The position numbers and the translations under genes were made by a program. The notes beneath the pieces are model-generated. The model did no database searches, was not told the DNA's origin, and was given only the letters and a program-made list of their open reading frames with translations. 64,000 nt of DNA from the human T2T-CHM13v2.0 reference genome, Homo sapiens, in the NCBI RefSeq assembly GCF_009914755.1, contig NC_060940.1, one strand, 5' to 3'. Below, one piece after another: positions 54,297-64,000 of this stretch. Every line of letters begins with the position of its first letter. The stretch's first letter is position 1.

Positions 54297-54440
54297 TGTT
54301 ATGGACTGAATGTCTTTGTCTTTCTCCACCAAATCCACACGTTGAAGCCCTAGCCCCCAGTGCAATGGCATTTGGAGGAGGTAATTTGGGTTAGACGAGG
54401 TCATGAGGGTATTACCCCCATGATGGGCCTAGTGTCTTTC
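54297..54440 (+). mobile_element. MLT1A-like LTR, 5' part
   Basis: tgttatggactgaatgt...gttgaagccctagccccc...gaggtcatgaggg. Confidence 0.75.
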
Positions 54441-54626
54441 CCCAGAAAAACAATATCCTTTACCATATCCCGAAAATTATAACAATACCAGTTTTAAGTA
54501 CTTACTATGCATGCACCAAGTGTTTACAGGTTTTGATTTACTCATTGAAACCTCACAGCAGCCTATAAACCCAGCTAGTATGTGGCAGAGTTGAGACGCA
54601 AACAGAAAAGCAGTACTCCAGATCCC

Positions 54627-54821
54627 CTTGGATCCTTACATAAGGGAAATGTAACCAAATGATGGATAATGTCTTCCATGATGGTTTTGTGGAAGATATG
54701 AGAATGTCCTCATTCATCATAATATTTGTATTAGTCCATTCTCACACTGCTAATAAAGACATGCCTGAGACTGGGTAATTTGTAAAGAAAAAGAAGTTTA
54801 ATGGATTCAAGTTCCACATGT
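54627..54821 (+). repeat. Displaced direct duplicate of 53611-53813
   Basis: 93 of the first 100 bp identical by manual alignment; includes the flank/THE1 junction. Confidence 0.93.
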
Positions 54822-54899
54822 TGTCATATGCCACACTTCTTAGGGATGAATGAACATCACCATGATGCCACACTTCCTAGGGATGAATCAACGTCAGAA

Positions 54900-55123
54900 T
54901 TTTTTTTTTTTTTAAGTTCTGGGATACAAGTGCAGAATGTGTAGGTTTCTTACGTAGGTATACATGTGTCATGGTGGTTTGCTGCACCTATCAACCCATC
55001 ATCTGGGTTTTAAGCACCACAAGCATTAGCTATTTGTCCTAATGCTCTCCCACCCCTCACCCCCCACTCTCCAACTGTCCCCAGTGTGTGTCGTTTCCCT
55101 CCGTGTGTCCATGTGTTCTCATT
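54900..55123 (-). mobile_element. L1PA (about PA7-8) 3' end, heavily 5'-truncated
   Basis: T tail, ggtggtttgctgcacctatcaaccc, tgtgtccatgtgttctcat; TSD tcaacgtcaga / tgaacatcaga. Confidence 0.9.
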
Positions 55124-55243
55124 TGAACATCAGAGCTTAAAGAAGCATTCCTGCTTTCTTCTCTCCCAGCTGGGCTGGGCTTCAGGTGCCTCCTATATGC
55201 TTCCTCCATATCACCTCCACCCTTGCTTGTCATTGTCTGGGTT

Positions 55244-55725
55244 TGTATTCATTTCCTGAGACTTTTGTAACAATGATCTCAAACTAAATGGCTTCAAACA
55301 ACAGGAATTTCTTCTCTCCCAGGTCTGGAGGTCAGAAGACTGAAATCGGTTGCAATAAACTGAAATCAAGGTGTCAGTAGGGCTCGTTCCCTATAGAAGT
55401 GCTAGGGGACAGTCTGTTCCTTGCCTCTTCCAGCTTCTGGTGGCTGCCAGCATTACCTTGCTTGGAGTGGCATCACCCCAATCTCTGCCTCCATCTGGAT
55501 ATATCACCTTCTTGTCTTCTGGGTGTAATATCTCTCCACCTTTCTCTTATAAGACACTTGCAATCAAATTTAGGGCCCACCTAGATAATCCAGAATAATC
55601 TCCCCATGTCAACATCCTTAATTTAATCATACCTGCAAAGACTCCTTTTCCTTATAATTTAACATATACAGGTTCCGCGGACTAGAACCTGCTATCTTTG
55701 AGTGGCCATGATTCAGCCTACTATA
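55244..55725 (-). mobile_element. MLT1C/D-like MaLR solo LTR
   Basis: tgtattcatttcc...ttgcctcttccagcttctgg...gggcccacctagataatccag...attcagcctactata; TSD gggtt / ggttt. Confidence 0.88.
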
Positions 55726-55779
55726 GGTTTCATCACTATCTCTTTATCAACTCTGAAGTCCTTGACAGCAGAGACCACC

Positions 55780-56635
55780 TGTGGCCATTTTCAAATGGCT
55801 GTACATTTTTACATCAAAGCAATCCCTTAGGGCCAGGCACGGTGGCTCACATCAGTAATCTCAGCAATTTGGGAGGCCAAGGCAGGCAGATCACCTGAGG
55901 TCAGGAGTTCCAGACCCACCTGGCCAACACAGTGAAACCCCGTCTCCACTAAAAATACAAAAATTAGCTGATGTGGTGGTGGGCGCCTGTAGTCCCAGCT
56001 GCTCGGGAGGCTGAGGCACGAGAATCACTTGAATCCAGGAGGCGGAGGTTGCAGTCAGCCGAGGTCACACCACTGCACTCCAGCCTGGGTGACAGAGGCA
56101 GACTCCGTCTCAAAAAAAATACAAAAAACAAACAAACAAAAACACACAACAATCTCTTGGGATCTACACCCTCTCCCTTGACTTTAATGACCTCCATGAT
56201 TGCTTTGACGTATTGAATATGGTGGAAATCATACTGTGCCCTTTTCCAGTCCATGTTTTAAAAGACTATCAAGCGCTACTTCCTATATCTTGGAATACTC
56301 ACTTTTGGAACTCAGACACCACTATGCTACGAGAAGCCCAAACCACATAGAAAGGCCACATGAAAGTGCTCCAGGCGACAGCACCAACTGAGCTCCTAAC
56401 CAGTAGCCAATATCATGCCAGCCATGTGTCTCAGCCATCTTGGATGGCCAGCCTAGTCAAGCCTTCAGATGACTCCAGCCCCAGTCATTATCTGACTACA
56501 ACTGCATAGGACTTGAAATGAGAACCACGTAGGTGAGCCCAATCAACACAGAGTCATGAGCAATAATACCAAATATTTGTTTCCAGCCACTGTGGGATCA
56601 GGCTCTTTTTTATGCAGCAAGAGATTATCTGAACA
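55780..56635 (+). mobile_element. MLT1G-like MaLR LTR split by Alu
   Basis: gagaagcccaa...gccatcttgga...gccttcagatgactccagcccc...tatgcagcaagagattatctgaaca. Confidence 0.75.
55831..56147 (+). mobile_element. AluSx-like
   Basis: TSD caatcccttag / caatctcttgg. Confidence 0.95.
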
Positions 56636-57080
56636 TCATATTTGTTGCTGCATACCAGGTGCCTGGAACTATGCCTGGAGGTCTTGATATTCAATGAAAG
56701 TGGAATAAATCAAATAAATAAAAATGGAATAAATAAACAAAACTCTAGAAGCTATGGATTCTAGGGAGTTGAGCTGGAGATCAGGAGGAATGGATATTAG
56801 GTCTCAAAGAAATGACAAGGTAATAAGGTAGAAGAAGAAGGCTGTGGATAAACAAATTTTCTGGAGCCTTAATGGTGGTGAGAAGTGGGCAAGTTCAATG
56901 TTGAGCAGGACCAAATTCAACAGACCCTCAGCAAATGTTTGCTGACTTAGCAGTACACAGATTCTGCACACATCTTCCTTCCTTTTAACCATTCCTTTAA
57001 TTGTATAAGCAATATATTGAGTATCTACTGAGAGCCAGGCTTTGAGTTGGGTGAAGACTATTCAGCAGTTAAGTCCCTTT

Positions 57081-57725
57081 AACGCTTATACACTGTTGAT
57101 GGGAATGTATATTAGTCCAGTCACTGGAAAGCAGTTTGGAGATTTCTCAAGTAACTTAAAATAGAACTAAGGTTGAATCCAGCAATCCCATTCATGGGTA
57201 TAAATCCCAAAAGAATAATCATTCTACCTTAAAGATGCATGCACACATATGTTCATTGCAGCACTATTTACAATAGCAAAGACACGAATCAACCTAGATG
57301 CCCATCAATTGCAGACTAGATAAAGAAAGTATGGTACATATACACCATGGAATATACTATGCAGCCATAAAAAAGAATGAAATCATGACCTTTGCAGCAA
57401 CATGGATGGAGCTGGATGCCATTATCTTAAGCAAATTAACACAGGAAAAGAAAACCAAATATTGCACATTCTCACTTAGGAGGTAAACACTGACTTCACA
57501 TGAACACAAAGAAGGGAACAATAGACACTGGGTCCTACTTGAAGGTAGAGGATGGGAGGAGGGTGAGGATTGAAAAACTACTTACCAGGTACTACATTCA
57601 TTACCTGGGTGATGAAATAATCTGGACACCAAGCCCCATAACATGCAATTTATCCATGAAACAAATCTGCGCACGTACCCCCCAAACCTAAAATAAAAGT
57701 TGGAAAGAAAATAAAAATGAAAAAC
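57081..57725 (+). mobile_element. L1 3' fragment (L1PA16/L1PB-like)
   Basis: cttatacactgttgatgggaatgt...gcagccataaaaaagaatgaaatcatg...; perfect TSD aagtcccttt (57071 / 57726). Confidence 0.92.
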
Positions 57726-58165
57726 AAGTCCCTTTCTTATGGAACTTAACAACCATAGAGTATTTGGGGAAACCTCAAAACCACAGGCAGGTGGTTCAAG
57801 CCCCCATCTCTGACCTTCATTACCCTGCTGTATAGCCATGATTACAAAAAAAAAAAAAAAAGCCAGACCATTCAATGCTATTGCTTCTCTCTTCCAAATG
57901 GGATGAAGTGCAGGCAGTAAACAAAGGAAGATGAACTTGGCCAAGTCCTTCTATTCATTTTGTGGCAGTGATGACAATTTCCCATTGTGGGGAGCTGGAG
58001 GGGCAGTCTCCTTCTGTTCAAATGACTCAGTACACTTTTGAGGGGGCATAAGAACCAGAAAGTGCAGGTGCTAGTAAAGCAGGCCTGTATTTACAGGGAG
58101 AATCAGTCCACAGACTTCAGCTTCTCAAAACCATTGTTAATGTGCTTTTACAAAATGCAAAATGC

Positions 58166-58629
58166 TGCTAGACAGTTCACTGGGTGGCCTTGGGCCTACC
58201 CAGTTCTTCCCTCTTTTCCCAACTCATGGTTCTTAAGAATAACTGAAGAATGTGCTAGAAATGCAACATCTTGAGATAGAGAGGGACTGGCCAGAACGAC
58301 CCAACCTCTGTTTCAGTCCACCCCTAGAAACAAAATGTCTTAAACACTTTAGCCCAGCAAATCACACATCCTGGGGTATAAAACACAGAACCAGCTGCTT
58401 TCTGGGGTATCTGAGCTTCTGTGCAAGTAAGGCATGCACAGATATGACTCTACTTACCCTCAGCAGGTTTCCGGGGACTTGGAGGAATAGCTCACAATGA
58501 ATCCTAGGCTTCTACCATCTCTTGCTGCCTATCTGTAAGTAATAAACCTACCTCAGGTAACTTGTTGTGTGGGAGTGTTCTGTCTCACTGGACAAGTTGG
58601 TAGCCAGTGAACAGTGAACCTGCTTCACA
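58166..58629 (+). mobile_element. ERV solo LTR (LTR47-like)
   Basis: TG...CA ends, TATA ggggtataaaa, poly(A) signal gtaataaa, 5-bp TSD aatgc / aattc. Confidence 0.7.
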
Positions 58630-58639
58630 AATTCCTCTG

Positions 58640-59640
<1,001 letters not shown>

Positions 59641-59944
59641 TAGAATGTTATACTTGTAAAAAGAAGAAAATGGAAACTGAGGAATCAAATTATGTAAGAG
59701 TGATCTTCCTTCTCATCAGCTATCATTTTAGAAATTTGTAGGAAAAGAAAAGGAGATAAAGGAAGACAGCAAGAGGAAGCAAATAAGCAGAGGGAGGAAA
59801 AGAGCAGAAAGTAAAGAAAGAATTAGAAAGTAAGGAGACACAACAGATCAGATCAGCTACCATAATTCAAATGCTCGCCAAAATCACTTCCTATATTTGC
59901 AATACAGAAGCTGCAGGAGACATGTTATTTAAAATTAGTAAGAG

Positions 59945-60315
<371 letters not shown>

Positions 60316-60349
60316 TTAATTCTGTTTTGCCTTCTGCTACTCAGAGGAC

Positions 60350-60630
60350 CTGAACTGACTCACCTACCATCTAGAGACAGCTACTATTTTGTATTTCTTT
60401 TTTAGTTTCATGCATTTAATTTGCATGATTATCATTTTGCTTTATTTCTCCATTTTACATTATAATATGTGCCACCTCATGTTACTGTGCTTCATGTCTA
60501 TTATCGATGCCCCATAACATTCTATTGTATGGAAGTATCATAAATATCAACTATTTCCCTTTAGTTGGACATTCAGGGTCTTTCCAGATTTTTTTCCTAA
60601 TTAAATGATGCTGCAATAAATGCCTTGTTT
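60350..60630 (-). mobile_element. L1ME-type fragment
   Basis: ttctattgtatggaagtatcataa...ttggacattcagg...atgctgcaataaa. Confidence 0.6.
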
Positions 60631-60826
60631 CGCTCCTTCAGAACAGGTCATTGCAGTAAGGGCCTCTCCATTGGAGTGGTGGATTTTAGTCGTCTGGGAC
60701 TTAGGGTTTTGGTTCTGATTCTGCTACATCCTAACAGCATGACCCTGAGCAAGTTACTTGGTTTCTCAGGACTCCTGTTTCCTCACCCATCAAATGGAGG
60801 TAACACCAGACAAGGATCCTTTGTGA

Positions 60827-61048
<222 letters not shown>

Positions 61049-61160
61049 TAACTTGTGTGGTCAAAAAGTTTAGAAACCCCTGGTCTAAACGGCGCTAGCA
61101 GGACTTATCAGAGCCTTTATTATAACAGCACACAGTCCCAAAGGTAGATCCTTATGGTAT

Positions 61161-61824
61161 TATCTTAGTCTATTCAGACTGCTATAAGAGAATGCCATAG
61201 GTTGTGTGGCTTACAAACAGCAGACATTTATTTCTCACGGTTCTCTCCAGAAGATCTGGGAAGTCCCAGGCAGATTCAGTGTCTGGGGAAGGCCTTCTTC
61301 CTAGTTCATAGACAGCCCTCTTTTCACTGTGTCTTCCCATCATGGAAGGGCAAAGGGGCTCTCTGGGACCCCTTTTAAAAGGGCATTGGCCAGGCGCAGT
61401 GGCTCACGCCTGTAAACCTAGCACTTTGGGAGGCCAAGATGGGCAGATCACTTGGATCAGGAGTTCAAGACAGCCTGGCCAACGTGGTGGAACCTCATCT
61501 CTCTAAAAATACAAAAAAAAAAAAAATTATCCAGGTGTGGTAGATAATTATCCAGTAGTCTCAGCTACTCAGAGGATGAGGCAGGAGAATCACTTAAACC
61601 CAGAGGCAGAGGTTGCAGTGAGCCTAGATGGTACTACTGCACTCTAGCCTGGGAACAGGGTGAGACTCTTGTCTCAAATAAATAAATAAATAGGCATGAA
61701 TCCCACTTGTGGAGTCCCCACCATCATGTCCTAATCACCTCCCAAAGGCCCCACCCCCTAATACCATCCATCACACTGGGGATTAGGTTTCAACACATGG
61801 TGGGAACACATTTAGTGGATAGCA
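61161..61824 (-). mobile_element. MLT1A/MSTD-like MaLR LTR split by Alu
   Basis: tcttagtctattcagactgctataa...atttatttctcac [Alu] ctaatcacctcccaaaggcccc...atagca. Confidence 0.82.
61388..61691 (+). mobile_element. AluS
   Basis: Dimeric Alu with (AAAT)n tail. Confidence 0.93.
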
Positions 61825-63379
61825 AGCATGAAGCATTAATCAAGCTTATTTGCCCATCATGCCCATGAAATTCTGAAGTCTGACAAGCAGCCTGTGAGAA
61901 GAAAGACATACAACAAGGAGGTAGGACTATGGTGCTTTGGGGTGGAGGCCACTGATGAAAAACTCACCCCTCGAAAGCATCTCCTACTTTGATACCTACG
62001 GATGCAACATCCAGGTAGAACCAGCCTCGATGTCTTCTGGAGCCCAGGACCTGATCTCCAAGCTGGCCCAAGACAACGCTCAGAGTGCCACTGTTCAAGC
62101 TCCTCTTGCTCCATAATCACTTTAAAGAGGCTGCCCCCACCCCCGGGGCTCAGAGGGCTTCCTGTGTCCTGACACTATGATCGTGAGCGAGCGCCGCGCT
62201 CTGTTCCCAACTATGCTTCCTCATCTGTCATCCACGGCTTTTCTTTTAAGGAGTTATTTACGAAGAGGTGAAGCAATTTGCTTTTAAAAATGAAAAACAA
62301 CAGAACTAGTATTTTTTGTAAGTCAGCTTGATAGGCAGTAAACAATCCTGCCAAAGCAAAGCAGAAAATGCTGAAAAGGTTCATGTCTCTTCAACGACTC
62401 TGACCAAGACTTCAGAGGATGCTCCAAGGGGAGAAACATGCTCAGGGCTACAGAAGCGAGAATCATGGATACCCTAAGCTGGTCTTTCCCAGGAGCAATT
62501 TTACCATGCAATTTTCCCTGGATCCTTTCTCTATCGCCCCATAACACCTCTCCCATTTGGAAACAAAAATATAATCTTTGAAAGAAAAATAGAAATCACT
62601 GTCTAAATAAAAATAATACATTCCTAGCATTCATTCACCCTCTTCATCCTCCTCCCTGCCCCTGCGGGGGGGAAAAATCTCATGTATCATGTTGAATTTC
62701 TCATCTCTTGTGAATGCCATGCAATTGGGTAAATAAGTTCTGTGTTCAATCTTTTGTTTTTTTGTTTGTTTATTGCTTTATTCATTCACAATGGAAAGAA
62801 AGACTAAACTTCAGGTAGAGATAAAAGAATATAAGATGTATTTTTAACTGTCCAAGATCATGGGATCCCCGAATTCTATTCATGATAGAATGTTTGAGCA
62901 TCTGTGGACCCCAGTTTGTGAACTCTTGCCCTGAAACAAAGCCTGCCAGTTATCTGTGTTCAGTCTTTTAACAGGGGTTATTCAATTTACTCAAGCCAAC
63001 ATGAGAGGTTTCCATGACAACCTCTCAGCACATTCAGTCTTCATATAAATGAGTTATTGCTTTTATGTTCTCATACTCTAAGACAATGGGGAAATTAACA
63101 TAATGTGGTCATACAAAAAAAAAAAAAAATCAAAACAATCAAAATCCTCATATCCTCCCCAGAAACTCACAGATAGCATTCGGTGAAAAAGAACCAAAGA
63201 GAAATGAAGCCTTCACATCTGACAACACTGTTAACATTAGAGATTTCATTTCAGATGCATTTAAATGAAGCCAGACCATAATGGGGTTCAAAAAAAAGTG
63301 TATAGACATAATTAAACTGCAGAGGAAAGAGACTTAAAGTCAGGGACCCAAATTCACTTTCAGGCCATATATCCTCCAA

Positions 63380-63600
63380 AGATAACCACCATTCTCTGCC
63401 TCTCTTTCTGCACCCCATCCACACTAGCATTCCTGCCCCAGGACCTTCGCACATGCTCTTCCCTATGCTTGGAATGTTCTTCCCCTGCTGTTCTTCCACT
63501 GCTGCTTTGCTTAGCTAACTCCTACCCATCCTCAGGTCTCAGCTCAGCAAAGTCACTTCCTCAGGGCAGTCAAGCTTTGCCACTCATCAAGACTAGGTAA
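63380..63600 (+). mobile_element. L2 fragment
   Basis: ccaggaccttcgcacatgctcttccctatgcttggaatgttcttccc...gtcacttcctcaggg. Confidence 0.8.
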
Positions 63601-63700
63601 AATTTTCTTGTTAAATCTATTTATGGATTTTCCTGGTTCTTTGTATTTTTCATCATCTTAGATAGGTTAGGTTTCCCCAGAAACAAATCCTAAGAGAAGG

Positions 63701-64000
63701 TGAGACGGTTTGGCTGCGTCCCTACCCAGATCTCACCTTGAATTGTAACAATCTCCATGTGTCAAGGGCGGGGGCAGGTGGAGATAATTGAATCATAGGG
63801 GTGGTTTCCCCCATACTGTTCTCCTGATAGTAAGTCTCATGAGATCTGATGGTTTTATAAATGGGAGTTCCCCTGCACAAGCCTCTTGCCTGCTGCCGTG
63901 TAAGATGTGGCTTTGCTCCTTCTTGTCTTCCACCATGATTGTGAGGCCTTTCCAGCCATGCAGAACTGTGAGTCCATTAAACCTCTTTCCTTTATAAATG
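63701..64000 (+). mobile_element. THE1 (C/D-like) LTR, cut by window edge
   Basis: tgagacggtttggctg...gagatctgatggttttataa...gaactgtgagtccattaaacctcttt. Confidence 0.92.

Overview
Primate (human-like) non-coding genomic DNA, intergenic or deep intronic. I can support no protein-coding exon, structural RNA gene, processed pseudogene or CRISPR array. All ORFs in the supplied track are short and fall in Alu, L1, LTR or simple repeats, or are chance frames. Well over half of the window is recognisable interspersed repeat: more than 25 Alu/FLAM copies (J, S and Y ages, many with readable target-site duplications, TSDs), L1 3' fragments, many L2 and MIR relics, solo MaLR/ERV LTRs and MER DNA transposons. 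Subfamily names are recognised from memory of consensus sequences and need RepeatMasker/Dfam confirmation; edges of the oldest elements are approximate. I did not find a new biological system. The most unusual real signals are: (1) fossil templated-copy events in which DNA 1-1.7 kb away was pasted into a new site (25.9-26.1 kb and a cluster at 52.4-54.9 kb); (2) a CpG-retaining domain at about 29.5-37.3 kb with a promoter-like motif cluster and a full-length CTCF site with upstream module; (3) a roughly 780-bp quasi-palindromic AT-rich island. The genomic locus could not be identified.
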